Shown piece after piece: positions 37,658-47,933 of a stretch of 64,000 bases of DNA. The DNA comes from a virus, in the IMG/VR virus record IMGVR_UViG_3300027763_000050, positions 14,368 through 78,367 of that record, one strand, 5' to 3'. The notes beneath the pieces are model-generated. The model was not told the origin of the DNA, did no database searches, and saw only the letters and a list, made by a program, of their open reading frames with translations. The translations under genes were made by a program, and so were the position numbers. Numbering within the stretch: the stretch's first letter is position 1; each line of letters opens with the position of its first letter.

Positions 37658-38191
37658 ATGGCTTTTGGTTACAGCGATACAAGCACCAACCCAGTAGACC
37701 CATTTGCTGTTACAAGATTCAGTGGCGACGATGATTGGCTCAAGTCACCAAAAGTTAACGCCCTGAGTAATGTTCCAAATTTCAGCGGCAAGCAAATCTC
37801 TCCTGACAGTTCGGGGGAGGTGGCATACCAGGGGTCATTCTCGCCATCGGGTGGTGCTGTCAGCGCAATGGATGATGTTCTATCGACAAATAAAAGTAAC
37901 GAAACAAGGATGGCAGGGGACGCGCTAAAGGGTGCTTTCCAGGTTTCGCAGGCCAGGAAGGAAGCAGAGAAAACTCAAAGGGAGGCCGAGCAGCAGGCAC
38001 AGGCAATGGCGTGGAATAATTACGCCAATGCAATAGCGGCGCAAAAAGCCAATAAGAAGTCAGGTGGTAATAATTTCCTGAGCACTGCACTTGGAATAGG
38101 TAGCTCAGTGGCAAGCCTCATTCCTGGCGGGCAGGCCGTGGGAATTGCTTTAGGTGCTGGCGCTAAGGGGGCAGGCGCGCTTGGTGTTTAA
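37658..38191 (+). CDS. putative pilot/ejection protein
   Basis: Q/A coiled coil plus Gly-zipper C-terminus. Confidence 0.55.
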   Translation: MAFGYSDTSTNPVDPFAVTRFSGDDDWLKSPKVNALSNVPNFSGKQISPDSSGEVAYQGSFSPSGGAVSAMDDVLSTNKSNETRMAGDALKGAFQVSQARKEAEKTQREAEQQAQAMAWNNYANAIAAQKANKKSGGNNFLSTALGIGSSVASLIPGGQAVGIALGAGAKGAGALGV

Positions 38192-38280
38192 TTATCTTGA
38201 GCTGATCGGCTAACTGCTGCTATATCGAGCAAGCTGTATTTACTAGAATAATGAACAAGTAAAACTGTCTCTGCGATCAG

Positions 38281-39066
38281 ATGACGTCTGGGTTCTCTTA
38301 TTATCCGTCGCGTAACGGATCTACTTACGATCTTGGCGGCACCGACCGAGTCGTTGTTCTCCCAAAAGATAGAGGGCCAGGGGTTGATTTTGACGCCGGA
38401 GATTTACTCTCTACCGTAGCGGCTACAGGTGGTGGGCGCAAAGCTGGCGATTTAGGGCTAGCAGCGATCAAGCAAGGATTGATAAATGCGGGTAAATCGC
38501 CTGCGGAATTTGTCGGTAGGCATGGCGGCAAATTGGCAGGTTTAGGTGTTTTGACTGCGATTCTTGGCGGCGCTGCTGAATTGGCCGATTCGAAAGATAA
38601 CCTCGCTACTAACGTGGCTGAGGGCGTTGGATTTACTACTGGCACCCTTGGCGGCATGGCTGCAGGGGCCGCCGCTGGGGCCGCTCTGACAGGCCCTCTC
38701 GCACCGTTGGGGGCATTGGCCGGGGCTACGATCGCGGGGGCACTGGGCGGGACGGCGGGCAAGGGGCTGCTTGGCACAGTGGCCAACGCAATTCAAGGCA
38801 TATCACCGGAAGACAGAGAGCTCAATCAGCGCTTGCAGGGTTCACGGGCTGAAGGGCGTTTGCGTTTGGAGCAAATGCGGGAATCGCTGCCCGTCATGGA
38901 ACAGTATTTGGCGGTCAAGCGTGATGATGATATTCGCCGTTTGGGGACCCAGGTGGGTGCGACAAATGACGTGAATTTTGCAAGCGCCTTAAACGCCATG
39001 CTGGTTAACAGGGGCAATCAGGCGGACGTACAAATGCGTGAAATGAATCGGGGGCTATTTGGCTGA
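38281..39066 (+). CDS. Gly-zipper putative ejection protein
   Basis: GGMAAGAAAGAALTGPLAPLGALAGATIAGALGG; TAGAAT at 38244. Confidence 0.6.
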   Translation: MTSGFSYYPSRNGSTYDLGGTDRVVVLPKDRGPGVDFDAGDLLSTVAATGGGRKAGDLGLAAIKQGLINAGKSPAEFVGRHGGKLAGLGVLTAILGGAAELADSKDNLATNVAEGVGFTTGTLGGMAAGAAAGAALTGPLAPLGALAGATIAGALGGTAGKGLLGTVANAIQGISPEDRELNQRLQGSRAEGRLRLEQMRESLPVMEQYLAVKRDDDIRRLGTQVGATNDVNFASALNAMLVNRGNQADVQMREMNRGLFG

Positions 39067-39773
39067 TGGCATTTGATCTGCCCGGTTATAGCGTCGCTTC
39101 AAATTACCTGGCCTCCTACCGCCCAGTGGGGAAGGTGGAAGGTTTTGCCAACGTATTAAGCAACAGCGGCACAAATGCGCTGGCAAGAATTCCTGGCGAC
39201 AACCAGGCGATGGCCACTCAGCTGACGGAGCGGGCGTTGGCTGAACAGGGTGGCATAAAGCGCCAGAAGTTGGTTAACGAGCAGGCGGTTGAGAACAGCA
39301 AGGCATCACTGGCAAAGGATTTCAACATCTACCTGCAGCAACGTGCAATCAACGAGCAGGTAAGCGGATTAAAGCAAAAGCCAACTTTGTTTGACAAGCT
39401 AAATCTTGCGGCAACCCTTTCCCAGGGATTTAGCGGCGGCGGATCTGCCAGGGGGCTGACAGCTAGTGAAATTGGGATAGGAGGCAACCCTCTGGACAAG
39501 TTAAATAATTTGCTGTCCGGCACAAGAACGTTAAGGGGTGAAATTAATCAAGCGCTGGGCGGAAGTAGCGGAATGACAGCAAACGCTCTTAGGTCACTAC
39601 CTTCTATCGATGCGTCTGCCGGGCGGAGTTCCGGGGGGATGACTGTAACGGAGCCAGCGCAGGCCCAGTTACGGCAGCAATCTGCGCCAAGCGTTCTCAG
39701 GGGTGATAGAGCGCAAGATGATTCAGACTTTATGAATTTCTTGCAGCAACAAAGGCTTGGCTCAGCGAGTTAA
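39066..39773 (+). CDS. hypothetical virion-associated protein
   Basis: Tiled ORF. Confidence 0.55.
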   Translation: MAFDLPGYSVASNYLASYRPVGKVEGFANVLSNSGTNALARIPGDNQAMATQLTERALAEQGGIKRQKLVNEQAVENSKASLAKDFNIYLQQRAINEQVSGLKQKPTLFDKLNLAATLSQGFSGGGSARGLTASEIGIGGNPLDKLNNLLSGTRTLRGEINQALGGSSGMTANALRSLPSIDASAGRSSGGMTVTEPAQAQLRQQSAPSVLRGDRAQDDSDFMNFLQQQRLGSAS

Positions 39774-39823
39774 TTTTTTTGCCAAGCTGCAACGACTAAG
39801 ATAGAAAGGGAGGATGCACTCTT

Positions 39824-40360
39824 ATGACACAGCCAAGCAATAGTATTGCGGACCTCCTGGCATGGGCCAAGAGTCGTAACCTGGTTGACGAATTCAATAA
39901 GCCAACCAAATACGGCGCTGAAACCTTTGCTGCGCGCAAAGCTCAGCCGTATCAATCGGACGCCCAGTCCAGGCTGCTAAACACTGCCGCCGCTGGAAAG
40001 CTTAGTAATGAAAATTTCTCTGACCAACAATCACGGATAACCCAGGCGACTGCGGAACGAACACCTGTAGTCTTAAATGCCTTACGTGGCCAATCGGATA
40101 TACGGGGAGACGAGCAGGAGCGCCGGGTAGGCCTTCTTAGAAATCAGCTAATTGACCCGCAGGGTAAGCGAGAAACTGATTTATACATGGCGGGAATCGG
40201 GCCTGGCGGGTTAGCCGACCGATTAATGGCATCGGATGAGCGCAAGTACGCGCAGGCGCTTGCATCACAAGAAAAGGCAAATAATCGAAATAGCGTTCAA
40301 AACTTAATTGATAACATTCTCAAGACCGGCGCAATGATCCTGCCGTTCGCACTCTCCTAG
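39824..40360 (+). CDS. hypothetical virion-associated protein
   Basis: Tiled ORF. Confidence 0.55.
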   Translation: MTQPSNSIADLLAWAKSRNLVDEFNKPTKYGAETFAARKAQPYQSDAQSRLLNTAAAGKLSNENFSDQQSRITQATAERTPVVLNALRGQSDIRGDEQERRVGLLRNQLIDPQGKRETDLYMAGIGPGGLADRLMASDERKYAQALASQEKANNRNSVQNLIDNILKTGAMILPFALS

Positions 40361-40362
40361 AT

Positions 40363-41067
40363 ATGTCCTCCTACGCATCGCCATCCGCACCAGTAACAGG
40401 GGCTGACGGAAAGACACTCCCTTATCCGTACACGACTTCTGGCACCCTGATAAGCTCAGGGATGAAGAACCTGGTTGATATTGGCAACCAGTACAAAGAC
40501 AATGAATCAATTGGGGCCTTGGTCGCAGGCGGGTTAATTGATGCTGCTAAAACGACGATTAATACCGGCCTTGAGAATCAGTACAACGATTCATTCCTGG
40601 GCAGCATGGCAACTTACAATAAAACTCTTGACGACAACAAGACTGGCAACACCAAGGGCTTGATGGCTACCGAGGCCGGGCTCACTAAAGAGGTAATCCA
40701 GAAGAATGCCGATGAAAGTATCAGACTCGGTCAAGCGGGCTACGGATCAACTGGATACATGACCCAAGCCGAGGTTGCTAAACAGGGCGCGGTTAACACT
40801 GGAATGTTAGATGTAGCAAGGGAAAATCGCTTGGGATCTGACTTTGCTGAAGTCACCCGTGGCCAAACAGCTCGGGATGTGGCGTCAACACAAGCAAGTG
40901 GAGCCCGTGACGTAGCCACAATTCAGGGTGACTACAACGTTCGCAATACAACGGAAACTGGTCGACAAAGCCGTTTGCTAGAGGGCGAGAAGACTGACCA
41001 ACAGATGCGATTAAGGGCAGATGCCAGGGGCGCTATCCGCTCTGCTGGTGGCCGTTTTTATGGCTGA
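40363..41067 (+). CDS. putative DNA pilot-like protein with 11-residue periodicity
   Basis: ARDVASTQASG/ARDVATIQGDY repeats. Confidence 0.55.
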   Translation: MSSYASPSAPVTGADGKTLPYPYTTSGTLISSGMKNLVDIGNQYKDNESIGALVAGGLIDAAKTTINTGLENQYNDSFLGSMATYNKTLDDNKTGNTKGLMATEAGLTKEVIQKNADESIRLGQAGYGSTGYMTQAEVAKQGAVNTGMLDVARENRLGSDFAEVTRGQTARDVASTQASGARDVATIQGDYNVRNTTETGRQSRLLEGEKTDQQMRLRADARGAIRSAGGRFYG

Positions 41068-41073
41068 TAGCTA

Positions 41074-41583
41074 ATGTTGGCTAAAGAGTCAGATCAGGTA
41101 ACAGTATTTCTCAGGGCCCTGGGGGATAGCGCCCGAGAAGCCTTTGTTAATTACGCCGAACATACATATTCCGTCTACGAGATATGGTTATATGCTGGCG
41201 TGCTTGGGTATAGCGGTTCTTTTGTAGAACTTGAGAAATGGGTAAGCGAGAATCACAAAAAGTTAAATAGGCGTGATTTGCTGCTGAGAGAAATATGCAA
41301 GCTAGAGGAAGACATTGATGCGATCCGACAGCAATCAATTTGCAACATGGTAAAACCGGAATCCGCCGCGTCTCGGATTGCTCAGCTATCAAAAGAAATG
41401 CGGGGGCACGTAGTCGAGGTCGAGCGTATGTCTAAACCAGTGGATAGGCGAGGGCTGGTATTGGCCGGCGCTGACCGGGTGATGAGAGAGCTAAATACAA
41501 TCTTCGAGAACAACGCAGAAATTAAAGATGCGCTGGATGAGGCGTTTGAATCAATCTGGACTCGACTCATAGCAGAGGTGTAG
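41074..41583 (+). CDS. putative terminase small subunit
   Basis: Helical 169-aa ORF directly upstream of TerL; positional inference. Confidence 0.45.
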   Translation: MLAKESDQVTVFLRALGDSAREAFVNYAEHTYSVYEIWLYAGVLGYSGSFVELEKWVSENHKKLNRRDLLLREICKLEEDIDAIRQQSICNMVKPESAASRIAQLSKEMRGHVVEVERMSKPVDRRGLVLAGADRVMRELNTIFENNAEIKDALDEAFESIWTRLIAEV

Positions 41584-41599
41584 TCGCTAGATTGGCGAC

Positions 41600-43129
41600 A
41601 TGGCTGTAACTTCGATCGCCCTGGCGCACAAGCGATCAGCAAAGCTTGCGGCAAAAGCTGTAGTCAAGAAACCAGATATTGTGGTCACGCCGCCACATGT
41701 AATTAAAGCGCGTAATAGTTTCGCGTATTTTTGCGAGCTTATGGGTCATCCCCCTGCTGCTCACATGAAGAAATGGCACCAGGAGTTGCTGACCGGCAAT
41801 GGCAATGATCACCTCAAGTGGGTGGCAGGGGCAAACACCGTTCTCTTGAGCCCGCGGGGTTCGGCCAAGAGCACTGTTATTGGGATGTTTGTTGCCTGGC
41901 TTATCGGGAAACACGCGATTGAAAAGAAGCTACTCCGCACCCTCTATGTTTCGTACAACGTAGACGTAGCAAGGAACAAAAGCGCTGCGATCAAGAACCT
42001 AGTCCAATGCAAGGAGTATAAGGAGATCTTCCCGACAGTGCGGCTATCTAAGGGGAGAACTAGCGATGAACTCTGGTCCATTGATTTTGACTATGCACAA
42101 ATAGACGTAAGGGGCGAGGACGCATTCACTATTGCCTGCGCAGGCCTCAAGGGGACCATTACATCCAAGCGAAGCAGCCTGGTAATCGTGGATGACGCCA
42201 TCAAGTCTGCGGCAAGTATTCAGAACCCGGACATCCGCCGTGAGATGGAGGCGAACTGGTCAAACGTGATTGTCCCGACGATGTTTGAGGGTGCTCGGGC
42301 GATCTGCCTTGGTACTCGATTCCACTTTGATGATCTATTCGCAACGATCTATACAGAGGCTAAGGGCTGGAAGGTGATCACCCAGACGGCCCTCTCATAC
42401 GACGACGACGGGAGGCCAAAGTCCTATTGGCCGTCCCAGTGGTCCACAAAATACCTGTTGCAGCTCCAGGCGGAGGACAGAACGGCCTTTGCTTACCAGT
42501 ACCTGAATACACCGGTAAGGAGCACCGAGCTGGGCATATCGCCTGACTTGTTCGTGCGCGGGGAAGTGCCCGATGACTACGACTCGATTGGGGTTGGGAT
42601 CGACTTGAGCGCAGGGCTGGGCGAGCGCAATGACTGGACAGTTTTTACGTTGGCTGGCCGGCATGAGGACAAGTGCTACATCATTGATTACAAGCGAATG
42701 AAATCAATGGGCAACCTCGAGAAAGTCGAGGCCCTATGCGAGCTGCTGGTTGAGTGGAACCTGCTGAACGTCAATGAAGAGGGCCAGTATTTCGCTAGCA
42801 CCTCACCAGTGACTATCTGGCCAGAAGCCGTGGCCTACCAAAAGTCATTTGAGGGGGATTTGCGGCGGATGCTTTTCAACGAATGGGGCCTCTACAACTT
42901 GAACGTCAAGCCTGTTTCTGGGTTCAGGGGAGACAAGCTGGCTAGATTACGGGGGATCCTGGGCCTATTCCAGGCGAAGCGAGTTATCTTCAACAAGTAC
43001 AGGGACTTTACCTGCATGGTGGACGAGATTATCAATTTCGGCCACGCCCCTCACGACGACTGTGCAGACTCCCTCAACATGGTTGTATCTGGGCTGATGC
43101 GCAGAGGGAACGCCCATATTGAATGGTAA
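41600..43129 (+). CDS. terL: terminase large subunit
   Basis: PRGSAKST Walker A, VIVDD Walker B, GTRFHFDDL, GIDL..DWT nuclease motif, HDDCADSL. Confidence 0.95.
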   Translation: MAVTSIALAHKRSAKLAAKAVVKKPDIVVTPPHVIKARNSFAYFCELMGHPPAAHMKKWHQELLTGNGNDHLKWVAGANTVLLSPRGSAKSTVIGMFVAWLIGKHAIEKKLLRTLYVSYNVDVARNKSAAIKNLVQCKEYKEIFPTVRLSKGRTSDELWSIDFDYAQIDVRGEDAFTIACAGLKGTITSKRSSLVIVDDAIKSAASIQNPDIRREMEANWSNVIVPTMFEGARAICLGTRFHFDDLFATIYTEAKGWKVITQTALSYDDDGRPKSYWPSQWSTKYLLQLQAEDRTAFAYQYLNTPVRSTELGISPDLFVRGEVPDDYDSIGVGIDLSAGLGERNDWTVFTLAGRHEDKCYIIDYKRMKSMGNLEKVEALCELLVEWNLLNVNEEGQYFASTSPVTIWPEAVAYQKSFEGDLRRMLFNEWGLYNLNVKPVSGFRGDKLARLRGILGLFQAKRVIFNKYRDFTCMVDEIINFGHAPHDDCADSLNMVVSGLMRRGNAHIEW

Positions 43130-43142
43130 TTAGACTGGTCCC

Positions 43143-45380
43143 ATGACTCAAAATTCGCGGGAACGATTCCGACAAATTATTGAGGCCGCCCGCACCAGGG
43201 ATGGTCACACCGGAATCGATACGATGATCGTGAACTCGCATCTCACGCAGATGCGGATGTTCATGCTGCGGCAGGGCTTGGAGTTTTACCCGCGGCAGGA
43301 CACGTTTGGTTTCCGTAAGAGCTTTGTCAACAGCGTGATCGAGGAGAACGAGATCGACGCCCGCCTCGAGGGGGTTGTTGACGACTTCCTGATTGACGGC
43401 AAGGGATTGTTCTATTTCCGGCCAGTCAGGGACACATACCGGATCATGTGGTTCAGCCGGGACAACTACCGGGCTTATTACGACCAGGTAGGCGGGCTAG
43501 AGGAGGTTGAGCTAATTTATTCTTTCCAGGTAAGGCAGCCGGGCCTCGGTTTTGCCTCAATGGACTCCGGCTCTCAGGGCGCGACCAAGTACGTAAAGCT
43601 TAAGGTCAGGAAGGGGGAAATCAAGGAATCAATCACTGACGACAAGCCAAGCTTTGAGGTTGGGGTTGGCCTGCTGTCCGGCGCGATGAATACCCGGACA
43701 ACAAAGAACAGTCTGGGTTTTATCCCCGCTGTTGAGTGCTTCAACAACATGAAGTCAACCGGGACCGAGGCGACCGGTGATTTTGATTGGCTGGCAGAAC
43801 ACATCATTGTTCATGATGATTTAGTTAAGAACATCAGGGCAAACATCACGTTTTACGGCAACCCAACCCTGGTTTCCAGCAGGCCCAAGCAGGACCTCGT
43901 GGAGAGCGGGGACAGCGGCGGGATGCGGCCAACCATTAGCTCCCAGGCAGGCTTCTACGCAGCCAACCGGCCATCGACACGAACCAGCCAACCGCTGCCT
44001 GGTGGTGTCGGCGGGCAGAGAATACCGCGGATTATTGCCAACATCGAGGCCTCTGATCGGGTTGCATACATCACCCCGGACGCGGTTTCTGGTGATCAAA
44101 ACCTATACGCAAGACAGTACAGGGAAGAAATTCGTAACGCTCTTGGTGGAGTTGACGAATTAGGCGCCTCAACTGGTGCGACCGCCTACGAAATCAAGTC
44201 ACTATTTGGCCGGGCTGCGACAACAGCAAACAGAAAGTGTCGTGGATTGCTGACATACGGACTATGTAAGTTGCTGGCCCTGATGGTGTTTCACGAGGAA
44301 CGAGTTTTCCGTGAATCATTTGCCGCCGCAATCGGGATGCCGGAGCCGCCTGCCCCAATTCGCGAGGAGATGAGTGATGAAAAGGTTTTCCTTGACACAC
44401 TTAAGAAGTACACCACTGCGATGTCTCAGTACGAGCAGGCGCTAGAGGAGAAGATTAGAGAAGCAGTGCAGTCCGAGAATCTGCCGCCTAATGTCGTGGG
44501 CCTGATACCCGATGGCGATCGAACTATTGAATGGCGCTGGACAGGTCCGGTGTTCGCTGAAAGCACAGAAGATATACTTAATTCAAGTATTGTTGTACGT
44601 AACCTCCAGGAACTCGGCGTAAATTCGATCGAGGCCCTGCGGTACTTGTTCCCGGACAAGACCGACGAGGAACGTTCAGCGATGCTCAGTGGTTATCCAT
44701 TTAGGATGGCCCAGGCTACACAACAAAGCATTGGGACATTCCTGACGCTGATCAGCAATATGAGGCAGACGCCTCATCCTCAGTCCCCAGATCTACCGCT
44801 ACTTGCGGATCCTAGACTTGATTTAACGCCCTTTGTTTATAGGGCACTCGAATTCCTTAAGCGCGAGCTAACTTACAGTGGACAGTATTCAGACACAACC
44901 GACGCAGGCGATCCAGGCGCCCTCACCGGCCTCGAGCGCGCCCGTGTCGAACGGGGTCTCCCCCCAGATTCAGGCACAGCCAGCGCCCGCTTCATACCAG
45001 ATCCAGGCGGCACCTTCGGCTCCTCAGGCTTACCAACAACAGGCGGCCCCTCAACAGGTCAATCCCTGGCAGGAGGCATTCAACCGCCTCAACGAAAGTT
45101 TGAGCGCGAACAGGAGCTACCAATCCCAGGCGCCCTCCTCTCCGACGATCCAACAGCCGGCGTATACGCAGGAACAGGCGGCCTATCCCTATCAGGCGGC
45201 AACCCAGGCATATCAGGCAGCTCCTTCCTATTCGGGGCTCCTGACCTCGGCGTTTCCTCAAACGCAGGCATATTCCCCGGCGGCGTACTCAACGGCTCAA
45301 GCCCCGATGAGCGCGCAACCCCAGCAGGCCGCCCAGGCAAGCGACGGGTACCTGGAAGGCGTCAGCAACGAAAGCCTTGA
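43143..45380 (+). CDS. portal protein with low-complexity C-terminal extension
   Basis: Follows TerL; NSLGFIPAVE...G.GDFD portal-type motif; size. Confidence 0.8.
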   Translation: MTQNSRERFRQIIEAARTRDGHTGIDTMIVNSHLTQMRMFMLRQGLEFYPRQDTFGFRKSFVNSVIEENEIDARLEGVVDDFLIDGKGLFYFRPVRDTYRIMWFSRDNYRAYYDQVGGLEEVELIYSFQVRQPGLGFASMDSGSQGATKYVKLKVRKGEIKESITDDKPSFEVGVGLLSGAMNTRTTKNSLGFIPAVECFNNMKSTGTEATGDFDWLAEHIIVHDDLVKNIRANITFYGNPTLVSSRPKQDLVESGDSGGMRPTISSQAGFYAANRPSTRTSQPLPGGVGGQRIPRIIANIEASDRVAYITPDAVSGDQNLYARQYREEIRNALGGVDELGASTGATAYEIKSLFGRAATTANRKCRGLLTYGLCKLLALMVFHEERVFRESFAAAIGMPEPPAPIREEMSDEKVFLDTLKKYTTAMSQYEQALEEKIREAVQSENLPPNVVGLIPDGDRTIEWRWTGPVFAESTEDILNSSIVVRNLQELGVNSIEALRYLFPDKTDEERSAMLSGYPFRMAQATQQSIGTFLTLISNMRQTPHPQSPDLPLLADPRLDLTPFVYRALEFLKRELTYSGQYSDTTDAGDPGALTGLERARVERGLPPDSGTASARFIPDPGGTFGSSGLPTTGGPSTGQSLAGGIQPPQRKFEREQELPIPGALLSDDPTAGVYAGTGGLSLSGGNPGISGSSFLFGAPDLGVSSNAGIFPGGVLNGSSPDERATPAGRPGKRRVPGRRQQRKP

Positions 45381-45909
45381 GGTTCTCCAGCACTTCGGCG
45401 CTGAAGCCCCTGCCCTGCTGAATCGCTACAGCTGCGTAGTTGAAGACGCCCTGCTTAACCAGGCCCGTCAAACCGCAGAGATCGTTCAAATCGCTGAGGC
45501 TCTCCGGGGCCAGATGGAACAGGCCCGCACGATTATCACTGCCGCTGCAGAGGATAACGCTGCGTACCACACCATGCTGACCAACCCCGGTCTACTGTCT
45601 GACTACGTAAACGACTTCTTCGGCGCCAACGGGCCTTACCCCGTGGAGACCTCTAAGGATCGTTTAGTGGCTGACATTCAGGCCCAGGAGCAGCGCACTT
45701 TTACTGCAGCCCCGGCTCCCGCCCCCGCTCCTTATTCCCGCCCGCAGCTTGATATGCCCTCACCTGGCGTACAGGCATCTGCGGAAGACGGCAGCTTCTG
45801 GGCAGTTTTCTCGAACCTGAGCGAACGCAACCCTGAAGCAGCTTGGCAAATGCTGAGCCAAGCAACACCCGACGCCCTGCGCAGCAAGGTGCTGGTTTCT
45901 GAAGGTTGA
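44878..45909 (+). CDS. putative capsid scaffolding protein
   Basis: Q/P/A-rich N-terminus, central coiled coil, located after the portal, followed by a terminator. Confidence 0.6.
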   Translation: MDSIQTQPTQAIQAPSPASSAPVSNGVSPQIQAQPAPASYQIQAAPSAPQAYQQQAAPQQVNPWQEAFNRLNESLSANRSYQSQAPSSPTIQQPAYTQEQAAYPYQAATQAYQAAPSYSGLLTSAFPQTQAYSPAAYSTAQAPMSAQPQQAAQASDGYLEGVSNESLEVLQHFGAEAPALLNRYSCVVEDALLNQARQTAEIVQIAEALRGQMEQARTIITAAAEDNAAYHTMLTNPGLLSDYVNDFFGANGPYPVETSKDRLVADIQAQEQRTFTAAPAPAPAPYSRPQLDMPSPGVQASAEDGSFWAVFSNLSERNPEAAWQMLSQATPDALRSKVLVSEG

Positions 45910-45919
45910 GAACATTATC

Positions 45920-45943
45920 GGCCCCTGAAATACGGGGCCTTTT
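45920..45943 (+). terminator. intrinsic terminator
   Basis: GGCCCC-N8-GGGGCC-TTTT. Confidence 0.65.
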
Positions 45944-45946
45944 ACT

Positions 45947-46354
45947 ATGAACATCCCACAGGCATTTAAGTATTCCCCGGCTGAACTGGCGCTGATGAGT
46001 AATCCGCAGTTGGTATCACGGGCAAGTATGCACCCTGGTATCACTGAGCAGGGAGAATCAGCTCATCAGGGCGCCCAGCTGGCTTCCCAGGCAATTAGCA
46101 ATCAGCAAGCCCGGGCAATACCTCAAGGCAACCAGAGTGAAGCTCGGCTTCAAGACGCATCCCGCAACATCAACGTTGCGGAAAACACGCAACAGCTTCA
46201 GGCTGATCAGCTGCTGTTTAACTACAAAGCTGGGTTACAGGAAGCCGCGGTGCAGCGGAACCCAGATGCGCTGCCCGGTCTGCGCGGGGCTGGCGAACTT
46301 GCCGCACAGAAAGTGTCTCCCGAGCAAATGCTTAACGCGCTTGGTTTTGCTTAA
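45947..46354 (+). CDS. hypothetical Q/A-rich protein
   Basis: ORF in the late arm. Confidence 0.5.
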   Translation: MNIPQAFKYSPAELALMSNPQLVSRASMHPGITEQGESAHQGAQLASQAISNQQARAIPQGNQSEARLQDASRNINVAENTQQLQADQLLFNYKAGLQEAAVQRNPDALPGLRGAGELAAQKVSPEQMLNALGFA

Positions 46355-46392
46355 TAGGAAAACCCTAGAATAGTTTCACTTGCGGGCACGTA

Positions 46393-46707
46393 ATGCGCTT
46401 GGCTGGTGGGCCAGAGATTTATCAAGCCCTGGTCCAACATTTCTCCAGTGACAAGATTCCGTCATCCGCGGCGGAACACCTTGCTGCGGAGGTCATGGCG
46501 CATGGTGCCGAAGCAAATACTCGGATTGAGACTTTCTTCCGTCTCTACGAGCTGCTGCAATCAAAGGGCTATAGCGAGCCGGCAAGTCAGCATCTAGCGG
46601 TAGAGATGATGGAAGGTCGTGAGCCAATGGCCCAAGAGACAAGACGTTTTTCGGGTACCTATGACGACGAATGCTGCGACCCCGGGGCTTACGGCAGCCC
46701 TTATTGA
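46393..46707 (+). CDS. hypothetical protein with internal duplication
   Basis: Two YxxLxxx...AxxHLAxExM repeats; TAGAAT at 46366. Confidence 0.6.
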   Translation: MRLAGGPEIYQALVQHFSSDKIPSSAAEHLAAEVMAHGAEANTRIETFFRLYELLQSKGYSEPASQHLAVEMMEGREPMAQETRRFSGTYDDECCDPGAYGSPY

Positions 46708-47854
46708 GCGATTCGAGGGAATCGAGCTTAAGGCGTATCTCGACCCAGTAGGCGTACCGACAATCTGCGCGGGCCTAACGTATTACCCGGGGGGAGCGGG
46801 CGTACGGCTTGGCGATGTTTGTACCGCCAGCGTGTGCCGAGGGCATTTAACTGAATTACTGGCAAAGGATTTTTTACCCAAACTTGAACGGATTCCGGGG
46901 TGGGGGAAGCTTCCGCCTGAGCGCCAGGCTGTATTAGGGAGCTTTGCATGGAACATGGGAGCCGCGTTCTATGGCTCGGTCGGGTTTGAGACAATTACAC
47001 GGGTACTGAAAGACGGAGCTGTTGACAACACGGTATATTCCCAGTTAGCAAGTGCGTTAATGCTTTACGTGAATGCAAACGGTAAGCGATTTGAGGGGCT
47101 TGTTAAGCGACGAGCTGAAGAAGGGAAGCTGTGGGATAGGGTTGCGTATGGTCAGCTGCAGTTGGTAGCAAAACAGGACACCTGGCTCAAAGTTACACCA
47201 ATTGACGCCAAGTATCTTTCTACCGAGGGGAAACGCCCAGTCGTAGAGGGAGGGACACTAAAGATTACCAAGCTCGAGGAGATACCTCGCGATGCTCACT
47301 GCTGGGTAACTCTTGAGGGAAGCCAGGATCGGTGGTCAATATTCATGCCTCATTTCAGCAGGGTAGAAGAAGTAAAGCCGGCGCCCCCTGCAAAGCCCCA
47401 AGCGGATCCCAGCCCTGTTAGTGCAATTGATTGGACAAATTTCAATGCCAAGGTTGGTAAGTACATAACAGTTGGCGAGGTTCTGCAGATGGACGGCCGC
47501 AGGAAGCCGCGACATGGCTCGCCGGAAGAGAAAGCGATAATTGCCATCTGCCGCGAGTTTGACAAGATCAGAGAAAGCTGGAATGGGCCTCTGGGCGTGA
47601 CGTCGGGTTACAGGCCAGAACCGATCAATAGCGAAGTTGGCGGGGTCCAAAATAGTTACCACGTAAAAGGCATGGCCCTTGATATATACCCAATTGGAGC
47701 GTCACTGGAAGAGTTCTACAACTGGCTAATTCGTCGCTGGAGCGGTGGCTTTGGGGACGGCAGAAACAAAGGATTTATTCATATCGACACTCGCGATAAT
47801 GGATATTTCAGCGTAAGGCCAGATCAGAAGCCTGCCGCTGTGTGGGATTATTGA
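46661..47854 (+). CDS. modular endolysin: GH24 lysozyme, central binding domain, peptidase M15A
   Basis: FEG..LKAYLDPVGVPTICAG and GLVKRRAEE (lysozyme); TSGYRP...NSEVGG..NSYHVKGMALDI...GFIHIDTR (M15). Confidence 0.9.
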   Translation: MTTNAATPGLTAALIERFEGIELKAYLDPVGVPTICAGLTYYPGGAGVRLGDVCTASVCRGHLTELLAKDFLPKLERIPGWGKLPPERQAVLGSFAWNMGAAFYGSVGFETITRVLKDGAVDNTVYSQLASALMLYVNANGKRFEGLVKRRAEEGKLWDRVAYGQLQLVAKQDTWLKVTPIDAKYLSTEGKRPVVEGGTLKITKLEEIPRDAHCWVTLEGSQDRWSIFMPHFSRVEEVKPAPPAKPQADPSPVSAIDWTNFNAKVGKYITVGEVLQMDGRRKPRHGSPEEKAIIAICREFDKIRESWNGPLGVTSGYRPEPINSEVGGVQNSYHVKGMALDIYPIGASLEEFYNWLIRRWSGGFGDGRNKGFIHIDTRDNGYFSVRPDQKPAAVWDY

Positions 47855-47933
47855 TTAGCTCTGCGCAATCAGAATCGGATTACTAAAGGAAGCCTTTAGA
47901 ATAAATAAAGACAAATCAGAGTAAGCCAGAAAA

